Shown piece after piece: positions 9,182 through 19,738 of a DNA stretch of 64,000 bases. Origin of the DNA: an uncultured Gammaproteobacteria bacterium (GTDB taxonomy: Bacteria > Patescibacteriota > Microgenomatia > Levybacterales > UBA12049); NCBI GenBank assembly GCA_964523705.1, contig CAZFYA010000001.1, forward strand, positions 121,420 through 185,419, read 5' to 3'. The notes under the pieces are model-generated. The model did no database searches. It was given only the letters and a program-made list of their open reading frames with translations, and was not told where the DNA came from. The stretch's first letter is position 1. Every line of letters starts with the position of its first letter. Both the position numbers and the translations under genes were made by a program.

Positions 9182-9621
9182 TATTTATTCTCCTTTTCTT
9201 TTACTTCTTTTGTTTCCTTTGTCTTCACTGCTTCTTCTGTTTTTGCTTCTTTTATCTCTTCTTTTTGAGTTAAAACAACTGTAATATTACTGGTTCTTTT
9301 TTTATACGGATGAACCCTACCCCTGGTTGAAGGCCTATACCTTTTAAAGGCTGGTCCTTCTTGTATATTTATTTCTTTAATTAGTAAATTATCCTCACTT
9401 AACTTAGCATTGTTTTTAGCATTGGCAATTGCACTTTTTAAGGTCTTATTAATTGCAACCGCTCCTCTTTGTTTAATAATAGAAAGAGCGCTTAATGCAT
9501 CCTCTATAGACATTTTTCCTATTGCTTTGGCAATAAGTCTTGTCTTTCTTGGACTAACCCTAATTGATTTACTAAATGCTTTAATTTCCATATTTTTAAG
9601 TCTTTGAAATTTCCCTTGCAA
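9181..9621 (-). CDS. rplV: 50S ribosomal protein L22 (K/E-rich C-terminal tail)
   Basis: 146 aa; L22 core plus tail [27 protein letters not shown]. Confidence 0.9.
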   Translation of the reverse strand: MQGKFQRLKNMEIKAFSKSIRVSPRKTRLIAKAIGKMSIEDALSALSIIKQRGAVAINKTLKSAIANAKNNAKLSEDNLLIKEINIQEGPAFKRYRPSTRGRVHPYKKRTSNITVVLTQKEEIKEAKTEEAVKTKETKEVKEKENK

Positions 9622-9880
9622 CTACTCTTCCGTGACTTCTAAATGTTCTGGTTGGAGCAAATTCTCCAAGACGATGCCCAACCATGCCCTCCTGGATAAA
9701 AACACTGACAAAAATTCTTCCGTTATGAACTGCTATTGTATGGCCGACAAATTCAGGCGGAACCTGACTTGCCCTTGCCCATGTTTTTATAGGAGATTTA
9801 TCTCCTGATTGTTTTTGTTTTAAAACCTTTTTTAATAATTTTTGGTCTATATATGGACCCTTTTTACTTGATCTACTCAT
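9596..9880 (-). CDS. rpsS: 30S ribosomal protein S19
   Basis: 94 aa; [10 protein letters not shown] motif. Confidence 0.9.
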   Translation of the reverse strand: MSRSSKKGPYIDQKLLKKVLKQKQSGDKSPIKTWARASQVPPEFVGHTIAVHNGRIFVSVFIQEGMVGHRLGEFAPTRTFRSHGRVVAREISKT

Positions 9881-10620
9881 TATTTTTTCCTTCTCTGTAA
9901 TATATATTTATTTGAATATTTCTTTTTCTTTCTGGTTTTACCAAAAGCCGGTCTTCCGGCATAAGTCTTTGGTATTCTCATTCCAATACCGCTTCTTCCT
10001 TCTCCTCCACCGTGTGGATGAGACTTTGGGTTTTGAGCAACTCCTCTAACTGTTGGCCTAATCCCTAGGCGTCTTTTACTTCCTGCTTTTCCAAAAACCT
10101 TGTTTTTCCATTCAACATTACCTAGATTTCCAACAGTTGCAAAACAAACTTTTCTAATTTTTCTAATTTCTCCTGAAGGAAGTTTTAAATGAACAAAATT
10201 TCCCTCCTTTGCCTGAATAATTGCACCTGTCCCGCTGCCTCTGGCTATTTGTCCACCCTTACCAGGCGTTAATTCAATGTTATGAACTACTGTACCAACT
10301 GGAAAAGTACCAAGCGGGCCTGCATTTCCAAGCTTTGCATCAACTTTTTCTCCAGCAACTACACTTTTTCCAACTCTTAGCCCTTCAGGACACAAGATAT
10401 ATCTTTTATCGCCATCTGCATATTGTATCAAAGCAATCTCACAGGTTCTATTCGGGTCGTATTCAATCGCAATAACCTTACCCAAAATCTCTCTTTTTCC
10501 TCGTTTAAAATCTATTACTCTTAAGAAACGTTTATGCTCTCCTCCCTTGTGTCTTACGACTACTTTTCCTTTTGAGTTTCTGCCTCCCTTTTTCTTTCTG
10601 ATAATTTTAAGTTTTTTCAT
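9880..10620 (-). CDS. rplB: 50S ribosomal protein L2
   Basis: 246 aa; the HPHGGGEG motif. Confidence 0.9.
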   Translation of the reverse strand: MKKLKIIRKKKGGRNSKGKVVVRHKGGEHKRFLRVIDFKRGKREILGKVIAIEYDPNRTCEIALIQYADGDKRYILCPEGLRVGKSVVAGEKVDAKLGNAGPLGTFPVGTVVHNIELTPGKGGQIARGSGTGAIIQAKEGNFVHLKLPSGEIRKIRKVCFATVGNLGNVEWKNKVFGKAGSKRRLGIRPTVRGVAQNPKSHPHGGGEGRSGIGMRIPKTYAGRPAFGKTRKKKKYSNKYILQRRKK

Positions 10621-10624
10621 ATTC

Positions 10625-10924
10625 TTATTTTGACTTTCCTACCTCAAAGAGGTCAATTTTTTGTCCCTCTTTAAGCATCACTATTGCCTTTTTAAAACCA
10701 GATGTTTTAGATTCAATTCTTTTTTGACCAAATCTTTTTGTTTTTCCTTTCATGTTTAAGGTTTTAATCTCAATTACATCTACTTTAAATTTGTCCTGAA
10801 CTGCTTTTTTAATCTGCCCTTTACTAGCTCCTTTATTTACTTTAAAAGTAAATCTCCTTTTTGAAACATCATCCATTGATTTTTCAGAAATTAAAGGTGA
10901 AATTATAATATTTGTGTAATTCAT
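10625..10924 (-). CDS. rplW: 50S ribosomal protein L23
   Basis: 99 aa; operon position between L4 and L2. Confidence 0.85.
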   Translation of the reverse strand: MNYTNIIISPLISEKSMDDVSKRRFTFKVNKGASKGQIKKAVQDKFKVDVIEIKTLNMKGKTKRFGQKRIESKTSGFKKAIVMLKEGQKIDLFEVGKSK

Positions 10925-11667
10925 TATTTATCTTCTCCTTTACCTAAGAATACTTTTTCTAATACTTCAATTGCTGGTTTTGTTAAAAATATTATATTGT
11001 TATTTAAAACCTGATAGGTATTTAAAAGACTGGCATTTAAAATACTTAAGTCTTCAATGTTTTTAGCTGCTTTGTATAAATTTTCAAACTTGTTTTTTGT
11101 TTCAGGAACAACAAGTAATATTTTTTTATTTTCTTTATCATGCCCTAAATGTTTTATTAATTTTGCCATTTCTTTAGTTTTTGGTTCAATTTTTTCTAAA
11201 CCATCAATTACTTTTATCTCCCCATCTCTTAGTTTTACTGAAAGAGCTGAAAACAGGGCATTTTTTTTCATTTTTTTAGTTAATTTTAAGGAATAATCTC
11301 TTGGTCTTGGACCAAAAACTAAGCCTCCACCAACCCAAATTGGAGCTGATTTTGCACCATGTCTTGCCCTGCCTAGTCCTTTTTGTCTCCAGGCTTTTTT
11401 AGTAGTTGCTACTACTTCAGACCTTGTTTTAGTTGAAACAGTTCCTCTTCTTTGGTTTGCCAAATACACTCTTATTGCCTGGGCAATAAGGCTATCGTTA
11501 ATTTTTGCTCCAAAAATTTCCTTAGGTAACTTTATCGTTCCAGCTGCTCTTCCTGTTAGAGTGTACATACTTGCACTTAAACCACTAACTGGCTTCGAAA
11601 CTGCTTTTACAGCAGCTTTTACCACTGGTCTTACTTTTCCTACTGTTTTTGTTTTTTTAGCTGGCAT
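10924..11667 (-). CDS. rplD: 50S ribosomal protein L4 (N-terminal extension)
   Basis: 247 aa; L4 core (GTVSTKTRSEV...KKAWRQKGLGRARHG). Confidence 0.85.
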   Translation of the reverse strand: MPAKKTKTVGKVRPVVKAAVKAVSKPVSGLSASMYTLTGRAAGTIKLPKEIFGAKINDSLIAQAIRVYLANQRRGTVSTKTRSEVVATTKKAWRQKGLGRARHGAKSAPIWVGGGLVFGPRPRDYSLKLTKKMKKNALFSALSVKLRDGEIKVIDGLEKIEPKTKEMAKLIKHLGHDKENKKILLVVPETKNKFENLYKAAKNIEDLSILNASLLNTYQVLNNNIIFLTKPAIEVLEKVFLGKGEDK

Positions 11668-12451
11668 TTTTTACTACCTCCTCTTTTTTCTCTTCTTCAT
11701 TTTTTTCTTCTTCTATTGGGGGAGTTGGTGTAGTTTCTTGAGGTTTTGCTTCTTCAGGTGCTTGTTCTTCTGCCTTTACTTCTTCTTCTTTGACCTCTTT
11801 AAAAAGCGGTACGAATTTTTTGTTTTCTCCTGTTTTTTTAACGGTGACAATTGTATTTACTCCTCCTGGAATTAAACCTTTAATTAATAAGGTTCCATCT
11901 TCTAATATTTCAATTACCTCAAGGTTTTTAATGGTTGCTGTTTGATTGCCCATTCTACCCGCCATTCTTTTACCTTTGTATACTCTTCCCGGTGTAGTTG
12001 ACTGCCCAATTGAACCCGGTGCTCTTTCCCTATCTGATTGACCGTGAGTTCTTGGTCCGCCTCTGAAGTGATGTCTTTTTACAACTCCTGCATAACCTTT
12101 TCCTTTTGAAACTCCGGTAACATCAATAATATCTCCTGGTTTTAAAACATCTGCTAGTAAAACTTCCTTTCCTAATTCAGCTCCTTCCAAATCACTAACT
12201 CTTAATTCTCTTAAAAAGCGGGGTGTATGACCAACTCCCGCTTTCTTGATGTGATTTACTTCTCTTTTTAATGGCTTTTTTTTACTTTCAAAGCCAATTT
12301 GAACTGAATCATACCCCTCTTTATCTTTTGTCTTTGTTTGTGTAATATAATTTCCTTTAGTTGCCACAGCAGTTAACGGAACTCTTGTTCCGTCTTCTAA
12401 AAATCCTGATGTCTGATATATTTTTTTACCGATAATTCCTGATAAACTCAT
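11657..12451 (-). CDS. rplC: 50S ribosomal protein L3 (acidic and Pro-rich C-terminal extension)
   Basis: 264 aa; L3 core (MSLSGIIGKKIYQT...) plus a ~55-aa E/K/P-rich tail. Confidence 0.9.
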   Translation of the reverse strand: MSLSGIIGKKIYQTSGFLEDGTRVPLTAVATKGNYITQTKTKDKEGYDSVQIGFESKKKPLKREVNHIKKAGVGHTPRFLRELRVSDLEGAELGKEVLLADVLKPGDIIDVTGVSKGKGYAGVVKRHHFRGGPRTHGQSDRERAPGSIGQSTTPGRVYKGKRMAGRMGNQTATIKNLEVIEILEDGTLLIKGLIPGGVNTIVTVKKTGENKKFVPLFKEVKEEEVKAEEQAPEEAKPQETTPTPPIEEEKNEEEKKEEVVKNAS

Positions 12452-12460
12452 ATGTTTTAA

Positions 12461-12493
12461 AACAACAAAAAAGCGACTACCTTCGAGTCGCCT
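12461..12493 (-). terminator. terminator-like hairpin plus U-tract ending ~10 nt upstream of the rplC start; candidate attenuator
   Basis: Minus-strand RNA aggcgacu-cgaaggu-agucgcuu (8-bp stem including one G-U pair), followed by uuuuuuguuguuuu and then aaaacAUG. Confidence 0.5.
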
Positions 12494-12573
12494 CTATCTA
12501 CATTTTTTAGCTTCTCGTCTAAGTAGGCAAATTCACCTCCATGTGCATTTTTTTACCTTTTTTGATGTTTTTA

Positions 12574-12602
12574 ATTATATACTGACTTGTGGCTAAATGC
12601 AA
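12574..12602 (-). promoter_or_regulatory. near-consensus internal sigma70-like promoter between rpsJ and rplC (-35 TTGCAT, 17 bp, -10 TATAAT)
   Basis: Minus-strand read: ttgcat ttagccacaagtcagta tataat. Confidence 0.55.
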
Positions 12603-12630
12603 GTGGAGGAAGTTTAGGTTTTTTAGGAGA

Positions 12631-12939
12631 TCACATCCTGATTTCAATGTTTATTCCTGCGGGAAGCTCAAGATGAGTTAAGCTATCAATTGTTTTATCG
12701 GTTGGAGAAACAATATCAATAAGTCTTTTGTGAACCTTCATTTCAAAGTGATCTCTGGCGTTTTTATCAATAAAAGGGGATTGATTTACTGCATAAACTG
12801 TTCTTTTTGTGGGAAGGGGGATTGGACCAACAACCTTAGCACCGGTCCTGATGGCCGTATCTAATATTTGTTGGCAACAAAGGTCAATTACCCTTGCGTC
12901 ATAACTTTTTAAACGTACTCTTATTCTTCCTTTTGGCAT
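12631..12939 (-). CDS. rpsJ: 30S ribosomal protein S10
   Basis: 102 aa; MPKGRIRVRLKSYD... Confidence 0.9.
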   Translation of the reverse strand: MPKGRIRVRLKSYDARVIDLCCQQILDTAIRTGAKVVGPIPLPTKRTVYAVNQSPFIDKNARDHFEMKVHKRLIDIVSPTDKTIDSLTHLELPAGINIEIRM

Positions 12940-13002
12940 TTTATAAACTTAATTAAACACAAATTATACAATACTTGGTGTGTTTAAGCAAATAAAGAGG
13001 TA

Positions 13003-14184
13003 TTAAGCAATAACTTTAGTAATTGCTCCTGCTCCGACTGTTTTTCCGCCCTCTCTGACTGCAAATCTTAGTCCTTCTTCAAGGGCAATTGGAGAAATTA
13101 ACTTTGCAGTTATCTTAGTTGAGTCTCCAGGCATAACCATCTCTACTCCTTGTGGAAGGGCTACTTCTCCTGTAACATCAGTTGTTTGAATATAGAATTG
13201 TGGCCTATATCCTGTAAAGAATGGTGTGTGTCTACCGCCTTCTTCTTTACTTAAAATATAAATTTCAGCTTCAAATTCCTTATGAGGTGTTATACTTCCT
13301 GGTTTTGCAATAACCTGTCCTCTTTCAATGTCTGATTTTTCAACCCCTCTTAAAAGTAATCCAACATTGTCTCCTGCTTGACCTTCATCAAGTGATTTTC
13401 TAAACATCTCAACGCCTGTAACAACTGTTGATTTGGTTGGTTTAATTCCAACTATTTCAACTGTTTCATTTACCTTTACTTTTCCTCTGGTTACTCTTCC
13501 TGTTGCAACTGTTCCTCTTCCTTTAATTGAGAAAACATCCTCAACCGGCATTAAGAAAGGCTTATCAACATCTCTTGTTGGAGTTGGGATATATGTGTCA
13601 ACTGCTTCCATTAAAGCTAGAATTTGTTTTTCCTGTTCTGCATCGCCTTCAAGTGCTTTAAGAGCTGATCCTTTAATAATTGGTACTTCATTTCCTGGAT
13701 AATGGTATTTTGTTAAAAGTTCCCTTACTTCCATTTCAACTAAATCTAAAAGTTCAGCGTCTTGTACCATGTCAGTTTTGTTTAGAAAAACTACCATTGC
13801 CGGAACTCCAACCTGGTGAGCTAAAAGAATGTGCTCTCTGGTTTGTGGCATAGGACCATCAGCTGCTGAAACAACTAAAATTGCTCCGTCCATCTGAGCT
13901 GCACCTGTAATCATGTTTTTAATGTAATCTGCGTGTCCTGGGGCATCAATATGAGCATAATGTCTTTTGTCTGTTTCATATTCAATGTGAGCAATATTAA
14001 TAGTTACTCCTCTTGCTTTTTCTTCAGGAGCATTATCAATATCTTCATATTTATGAGCCTTTGCCTTACCAGACTTTGCTAAAACAGATGTTATAGCTGA
14101 GGTTAATGTTGTTTTACCATGGTCTACGTGCCCAATGGTTCCAACATTTACGTGTGGTTTTGTTCTTTCAAATTTGTCTGCCAT
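13003..14184 (-). CDS. tuf: elongation factor Tu
   Basis: [27 protein letters not shown]... The ORF-track start at 14232 adds 16 non-conserved residues; the start is called at the ATG at 14182-14184. Confidence 0.95.
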   Translation of the reverse strand: MADKFERTKPHVNVGTIGHVDHGKTTLTSAITSVLAKSGKAKAHKYEDIDNAPEEKARGVTINIAHIEYETDKRHYAHIDAPGHADYIKNMITGAAQMDGAILVVSAADGPMPQTREHILLAHQVGVPAMVVFLNKTDMVQDAELLDLVEMEVRELLTKYHYPGNEVPIIKGSALKALEGDAEQEKQILALMEAVDTYIPTPTRDVDKPFLMPVEDVFSIKGRGTVATGRVTRGKVKVNETVEIVGIKPTKSTVVTGVEMFRKSLDEGQAGDNVGLLLRGVEKSDIERGQVIAKPGSITPHKEFEAEIYILSKEEGGRHTPFFTGYRPQFYIQTTDVTGEVALPQGVEMVMPGDSTKITAKLISPIALEEGLRFAVREGGKTVGAGAITKVIA

Positions 14185-14223
14185 AATTAGTTCAAAAAAA
14201 ATAAACCCGCTAAGGTTGAATAC

Positions 14224-14252
14224 AATATACAATATATTTTAATAGTCGTCAA
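14224..14252 (-). promoter_or_regulatory. tuf promoter (-35 TTGACG, 17 bp, -10 TATATT)
   Basis: Minus-strand read: ttgacg actattaaaatatattg tatatt, about 35 nt upstream of the tuf ATG. Confidence 0.5.
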
Positions 14253-14269
14253 GGGGGAAAATATGTTTT

Positions 14270-15436
14270 CTAGATTTTTCTAAAGGTTTTTCCATAATAC
14301 AAAACTATTAAGGCTATAATTGCCATTAATGAACCAAAATAAAAGGTTGATGACGGAGAAATCTTAGTCCACAAAATTCCACCGAAAAACGAGGCAAAAA
14401 ACTGACAAATTGACATTCCGGTTTGATAAACTCCAAAATATGTTCCGGAATTCTTCTCAGTTATAAATCTTGCGATATAGGCTTTAGAAACTCCGTCTGT
14501 AAAGGCAATGTATATTCCATAAATTGGGAAAAGTATCCAGATCCAAAAAGGACTTGAAACAAAGCCAAAAACAAAATATACAGCTGCAAAAACAAAAAGT
14601 CCGATTGCAAAAACCTTTCTGGCTCCTATCTTATCTGCTAATTGCCCGGCAGGAGTTGCAAAAAGAGTTTGGGAAGCATTGTATAAAACATATGCTAAGG
14701 TAACAAAAATTATTGATAAGCCCAAATCCTTTGCTCTTAATAACAAAAATGCATCTGAGCTGTTTCCTAAAGCAAAAATAAAGCTGATAATTAAAAACAG
14801 TTTTAGTCTTGGACTAAGTAAACTCCATTTTAAATTTATCTTTACTTTTTTTGCTTTTTTGGCAAGTTTTTTCTCTTTAACAAAAAGAATAAGTAAAATT
14901 ACTCCGATAACTGATGGGATAAAGGCTAAGAAAAAGACAGCTCTAATGTTATCTTGTAAAAGAAAAAGAAGTATCATTGCCAAAAGCGGTCCGATAACTG
15001 CACCAAAAGAATCCATGGCACGATGAACTCCAAAAATAAACCCTTTATTTCTTTTAGTAGTACTTTGTAAAAGCAGTGAGTCTCTTGCAGAAGTTCTAAT
15101 TCCTTTACCAAGCCTGTCAATAAACCTTGCAAAAAGTACAAACCCCCAGGATGATGCAACTCCGATTAAAAGCTTTGACAGCGCGCCAAAGCCATATCCC
15201 CAGTTAACAAAAATTTTTCTTTTTCTAGTTTTATCTGAAATATAGCCTGAGACAAATTTCATTAAACTGGCGGTTGCTTCGGCAACTCCTTCAATAAATC
15301 CAACTAAAGAAACAGGTGCGCCCAAAACTGTGGTTAAAAATATTGGAACAATGGGGTAAATCATTTCCGAGGCAACATCATTGAAAAAGCTAACCAATCC
15401 TAATAAATATACATTCCCCGGAATTTTCTTAAACAT
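14270..15436 (-). CDS. MFS-family transporter
   Basis: 388 aa with about 12 predicted TM helices and MFS-like loop motifs (GYISDKTRKRK, DRLGKGIR). Confidence 0.7.
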   Translation of the reverse strand: MFKKIPGNVYLLGLVSFFNDVASEMIYPIVPIFLTTVLGAPVSLVGFIEGVAEATASLMKFVSGYISDKTRKRKIFVNWGYGFGALSKLLIGVASSWGFVLFARFIDRLGKGIRTSARDSLLLQSTTKRNKGFIFGVHRAMDSFGAVIGPLLAMILLFLLQDNIRAVFFLAFIPSVIGVILLILFVKEKKLAKKAKKVKINLKWSLLSPRLKLFLIISFIFALGNSSDAFLLLRAKDLGLSIIFVTLAYVLYNASQTLFATPAGQLADKIGARKVFAIGLFVFAAVYFVFGFVSSPFWIWILFPIYGIYIAFTDGVSKAYIARFITEKNSGTYFGVYQTGMSICQFFASFFGGILWTKISPSSTFYFGSLMAIIALIVLYYGKTFRKI

Positions 15437-15439
15437 ACC

Positions 15440-16021
15440 TTACCAATCTTTTGTAATATTTATACCAAATTTTTTTAATTCTTGGTATAGGGAAAATATG
15501 GGAAGTCCTACAATATTGAAATAATCTCCTTTAACTTCCTTAATAAACACTCCTGCCTTATCTTGTATTGCATATGCCCCTGCCTTATCTAAAACCTTAT
15601 ATGAATAAACATATGCTTTTATCTCCTCTATTGTTAATTTTTTAAAAGCAACTTTAGTTTTAACGGTTTTGCTGACAAATTTATTTGTTTTTGTATCAAG
15701 AATTGTAAAACCGGTTATAACAAGATGTGTTTTATTACTTAATTTTTTTAAAATTCTTACTGCATCTTTTAAATCTTTTGGTTTTCCAATAATTTCGTTT
15801 CCCAAAACAACAATTGTGTCTGCGCCAATAATTACTTCTTCTTTTTTATTTTTGGAAACTGCTTTTGCCTTTTTAAAAGACAACTTTTTTACAAAATTTA
15901 CTGGGGAAGAGTTATTGTTTTTTTCATCTACCTTACTTACTAAAACCTTAAAATTTAATCCCATTTGCTTCAAAAGCTCTTTTCTTCTTGGAGAATTTGA
16001 GGCTAAAATTATTTTTCTCAT
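15440..16021 (-). CDS. maf: Maf-like nucleoside triphosphate pyrophosphatase
   Basis: 193 aa; MRKIILASNSPRRKELL... with Maf family motifs. Confidence 0.85.
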   Translation of the reverse strand: MRKIILASNSPRRKELLKQMGLNFKVLVSKVDEKNNNSSPVNFVKKLSFKKAKAVSKNKKEEVIIGADTIVVLGNEIIGKPKDLKDAVRILKKLSNKTHLVITGFTILDTKTNKFVSKTVKTKVAFKKLTIEEIKAYVYSYKVLDKAGAYAIQDKAGVFIKEVKGDYFNIVGLPIFSLYQELKKFGINITKDW

Positions 16022-16029
16022 TAATTACC

Positions 16030-16548
16030 TTAGTACTGATTGCCTTTTATCTTAGCTTTAATTGAGTACAACAAACCTAATCCTGAAATACTACCAAGAT
16101 CATTTACAATATCTCTATCAGGTGCAATAAAAGAATCTGGTTCCCCAGGATCTTTATAGAGCTCCTCCAATAACTCTTCATTTAGTTTTTGATTGCCTAT
16201 TGATGATTTTCCAGAATTATATATTAAATCGCAATTTGTAGCACCTTCTTCCATAAATATGGAAATAGTAGAATTTACCCCTGGTTTTTCTTCTTCTGCT
16301 ATGCTATCTGACTCCCCTATAATAGTTATTACTTTACGTGGGTATTTTTCAAAAAAAGGTTGAAGAGCTGATAGTACTTTTTCTCTTAATAAAGAGGTGT
16401 TTTTACTTGCTTGTCTAGGTTTAGAAGAATCTATGGTTCTTAACTCCTTTTCATTTTTACTACCCCATTTTATTAAGTCAATATTGTCTAAAGCCTCTTC
16501 CACAGCTGTTTTTGGCAGGCGTGGGTCTTTTTCAAAAACCTTGTCCAT
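16030..16548 (-). CDS. hypothetical protein
   Basis: 172-aa ORF between fusA and maf with no recognisable motif. Confidence 0.45.
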   Translation of the reverse strand: MDKVFEKDPRLPKTAVEEALDNIDLIKWGSKNEKELRTIDSSKPRQASKNTSLLREKVLSALQPFFEKYPRKVITIIGESDSIAEEEKPGVNSTISIFMEEGATNCDLIYNSGKSSIGNQKLNEELLEELYKDPGEPDSFIAPDRDIVNDLGSISGLGLLYSIKAKIKGNQY

Positions 16549-16595
16549 TGAATTGGATTATAATGAAAAAATCTTAATTTATCAACCCAAAGTGG

Positions 16596-18740
16596 TTAAT
16601 TTCTCTCAACTCTTCCGGTAAAAGTGGACTTTGCAAGCATCTGTTCAACAATATTTTTTGGAACTTCTTCGTAATGAGAAGGCTCCATATAGTAATTTGC
16701 TCTTCCTTGAGACATTGATCTTAAAGCTGTTGCATAACCTGAAAGCTCTGCTAATGGAACCATTGCCAAAACAATTGTTGCCTTTCCTCTCTCTTCAGTT
16801 CCCATAATCTGAGCTCTTTTTGAAGATAAATCACCAATTACATCTCCCATAAATTCAGAAGGGGTAGTTACCTCAACTTTCATAATCGGTTCCAAAAGTG
16901 AAAGCTCTGCTTTTTTACAAGCTGCCTGAAGTGCTTGTGAAGCAGCAATTTTAAAGGCAACATCTGATGAGTCTACTTCGTGAAATGAACCATCATATAC
17001 TGTTACTTTCATATCAACCATTGGATAGCCTAAAAGTATTCCGTTTTCCATGGTTTCTTTAACTCCTTTTCCAACTGAAATAACAAATTCTGCCGGAATT
17101 GCACCACCTTTTATTGCATCAACAAATTCATAACCCTCTCCTCTTGGCATTGGTTCAACCTTAAGCCAACAGTGACCATACTGACCTCTACCACCAGATT
17201 GTCTGATATATTTTCCTTCTCCTTCTGCTAATTGTTTAATAGTTTCCTTATAGGCAACTTGAGGTGCTCCAATGTTTGCCTCAACGTTAAATTCTCTTTT
17301 CATTCTGTCTACCATAATCTCAAGTTGAAGTTCTCCCATCCCAGAAATTATGGTCTGTCCTGTTTCATGATTTACTTTAATAGTAAAGGTCGGATCTTCT
17401 TCAGATAATCTTTTTAGAGCATAGCCTAATTTTTCCTGATCTGCTTTGGTTTTAGGTTCAATCGCCAAGGAAATAACCGGTTCTGGGAAGGTAATTTGCT
17501 CTAAAATAATTGGGTTTTTATCATCACATAAGGTATCTCCGGTAATTGTTTCTTTTAAACCAACCAAAGCTACTATTTCTCCGGCAAAAGCCTCTTTTAT
17601 TTCCTCCCTGTGATTTGCATGCATTAAAAGAATTCTTCCAACTCTTTCGGTTTTGTTTTGGGTTGCATTATATATATATGAGCCGGCAGCAATTTTTCCT
17701 GAATAAACTCTAAAATAGGTTAGCTTTCCAACGTGTGGATCAATTTGGATCTTAAAGGCAAGCCCGGCAAACGGTTCATCATTAGCTGGCTTTCTTTTTT
17801 CATCTGCCTCGGTTTTTGGATTTTTACCAGTGATTTCCCCAACATCTAAGGGGGAAGGTAAATAATCAACTACTGCATCCAGTAATGGTTGAACACCTTT
17901 ATTTCTTAAAGATGAACCTGCAAAAATAGGAACTAATTTATAAGCAATAACTGCTTTTCTTAAAGCATCTTTTAATTCTTGATTTGAAATTTCCTGATTG
18001 TTTAGATATTTTTCTAAAAGTGTATCATCGGTTTCAGCAATCTTCTCAACTAACTTATGCCTGTATTCATCAACTTTAGCTTTCATGTCTTGGGGGATTT
18101 CATCGATTATTTCATACTTTGCACCTAATTGATCTGAACCCCAAATATATGCTTTTTGTTCTAAAAGATGAACAATTCCCTTAAAAGAGCTTTCAGAGCC
18201 AATTGGTAAAACCATGATTAATGGATTTGCACCAAGTCTTTCCTCAATTGATTTTATAGTTGCAAAAAAATCAGCTCCTAATTTGTCCATTTTATTAACA
18301 AAGCAAAGTCTTGGTACTTTGTATTTATCAGCTTGTCTCCAAACAGTTTCAGATTGTGACTGAACCCCTTCTTCTGCATCCAAAACCGTTATTCCACCAT
18401 CTAATACTCTTAAAGATCTTTCAACTTCGGCTGTAAAGTCAACGTGTCCCGGGGTATCAATAATATTGATTCTACAAGAGTCTTCTTGCCCTGAGGAGCG
18501 AAGCGACGAATGGGTCCAAAAAGCGGTTGTTGCAGCTGAAACAATGGTAATTCCTCTTTCTCTTTCCTGGGCCATCCAGTCCATTTGGGTTGTTCCCTCA
18601 TCAATATCTCCGATCTTATATGTTCTTCCTGTATAGAAAAGAATACGCTCTGTAGTAGTGGTTTTACCAGCATCTATATGCGCAATTATTCCGATGTTTC
18701 TAATTTTATCTAATGTATAATCTCTTTTTGTTGCGGCCAT
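16596..18740 (-). CDS. fusA: elongation factor G
   Basis: 714 aa; [20 protein letters not shown]-domain and full EF-G architecture. Confidence 0.95.
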   Translation of the reverse strand: MAATKRDYTLDKIRNIGIIAHIDAGKTTTTERILFYTGRTYKIGDIDEGTTQMDWMAQERERGITIVSAATTAFWTHSSLRSSGQEDSCRINIIDTPGHVDFTAEVERSLRVLDGGITVLDAEEGVQSQSETVWRQADKYKVPRLCFVNKMDKLGADFFATIKSIEERLGANPLIMVLPIGSESSFKGIVHLLEQKAYIWGSDQLGAKYEIIDEIPQDMKAKVDEYRHKLVEKIAETDDTLLEKYLNNQEISNQELKDALRKAVIAYKLVPIFAGSSLRNKGVQPLLDAVVDYLPSPLDVGEITGKNPKTEADEKRKPANDEPFAGLAFKIQIDPHVGKLTYFRVYSGKIAAGSYIYNATQNKTERVGRILLMHANHREEIKEAFAGEIVALVGLKETITGDTLCDDKNPIILEQITFPEPVISLAIEPKTKADQEKLGYALKRLSEEDPTFTIKVNHETGQTIISGMGELQLEIMVDRMKREFNVEANIGAPQVAYKETIKQLAEGEGKYIRQSGGRGQYGHCWLKVEPMPRGEGYEFVDAIKGGAIPAEFVISVGKGVKETMENGILLGYPMVDMKVTVYDGSFHEVDSSDVAFKIAASQALQAACKKAELSLLEPIMKVEVTTPSEFMGDVIGDLSSKRAQIMGTEERGKATIVLAMVPLAELSGYATALRSMSQGRANYYMEPSHYEEVPKNIVEQMLAKSTFTGRVERN

Positions 18741-18742
18741 AT

Positions 18743-19216
18743 TTAAAATCTAAAGTGGGCAAAGGCCCTGTTTGCTTCGGCCATTCTGTGGACCGTATCA
18801 CGTTTTTTAATTGCATTTCCTTCTTCATTTGCTGCATCCATTAACTCAACTGCTAATTTTTCAGCAAAGGTAGGAAATTCGTTATTTGCTCTTTTTTTAG
18901 CAGCTTCTAAAATCCAGCGAATTGATAAAGATACTTTTCTTTCTCCTCTAACCTCAACCGGTACCTGATATGATGCTCCACCAATTCTTCTTGGTCTTAC
19001 CTCTTGTCTTGGACCAACGTTTTGAATAGCTCTTTCAAAAATCTCTAGGGGATTTTTATCTTTCTTAGAAATTAAATCAAAGGCGGTATAAACTACTTTT
19101 TGAGCGGTAGTTTTTTTACCATCCTTCATTAAAACATTAGTAAACTTAGCAACCAATTTATTTTTATAAATTTTGTCTGCCTCTGTTTGTCTTTTTTGAA
19201 CTTTCTTGTGTCTCAT
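18743..19216 (-). CDS. rpsG: 30S ribosomal protein S7
   Basis: 157 aa; S7 sequence; str-operon position. Confidence 0.9.
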   Translation of the reverse strand: MRHKKVQKRQTEADKIYKNKLVAKFTNVLMKDGKKTTAQKVVYTAFDLISKKDKNPLEIFERAIQNVGPRQEVRPRRIGGASYQVPVEVRGERKVSLSIRWILEAAKKRANNEFPTFAEKLAVELMDAANEEGNAIKKRDTVHRMAEANRAFAHFRF

Positions 19217-19221
19217 ATATT

Positions 19222-19719
19222 TTATTCAGCCGGTGCTGCCGGTGCCTCTGGCGCAGCTGGAGCAGCCGGAGCTTGAGCCTCGGTTGTTCCGGTAGCTACT
19301 CTTCTTGTATTCCCTGATTTTTTAGCTCCATATTTACTTCTTGAGCTTTTTCTTCCTTCAACTCCTAAAAGATCAAATTTTCCTCTAACAATATGGTATT
19401 TAACACCCGGTAAGTCTTTTACTCTTCCACCTCGAACAAGTACAATTCCGTGTTCTGATAATGAATGACCAATTCCTTGAATATATGCTGTTACTTCTGT
19501 TTTATTAGATAATTTAACCCTTGCTACTTTTCTTAAAGCAGAGTTTGGTTTTTTAGGAGTCATTGTTTTAACCAAAGTTACAACTCCTCTTTTTTGAGGA
19601 GCTGTAAGGTTTTTATATCTCCTATCCTTAGCATTAAAAAGGCGTCTTAAAGCCGTTGATCTTGTCTTTTTGGTCTTTCTTTTTCTTCCTTTTTTTGATA
19701 ACTGTGATAATGTTGGCAT
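19222..19719 (-). CDS. rpsL: 30S ribosomal protein S12 with Pro/Ala-rich C-terminal tail
   Basis: 165 aa; S12 core ([17 protein letters not shown]...) plus tail [20 protein letters not shown]. Confidence 0.9.
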   Translation of the reverse strand: MPTLSQLSKKGRKRKTKKTRSTALRRLFNAKDRRYKNLTAPQKRGVVTLVKTMTPKKPNSALRKVARVKLSNKTEVTAYIQGIGHSLSEHGIVLVRGGRVKDLPGVKYHIVRGKFDLLGVEGRKSSRSKYGAKKSGNTRRVATGTTEAQAPAAPAAPEAPAAPAE

Positions 19720-19738
19720 ATTAAAATTCGACTTTATA

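Noticed and set aside
13003-14232. Longer 409-aa EF-Tu ORF from the ORF track
   Set aside because: The extra 16 N-terminal residues ([16 protein letters not shown]) are non-conserved and overlap the predicted tuf promoter. The canonical [11 protein letters not shown] start at 14184 is used instead.
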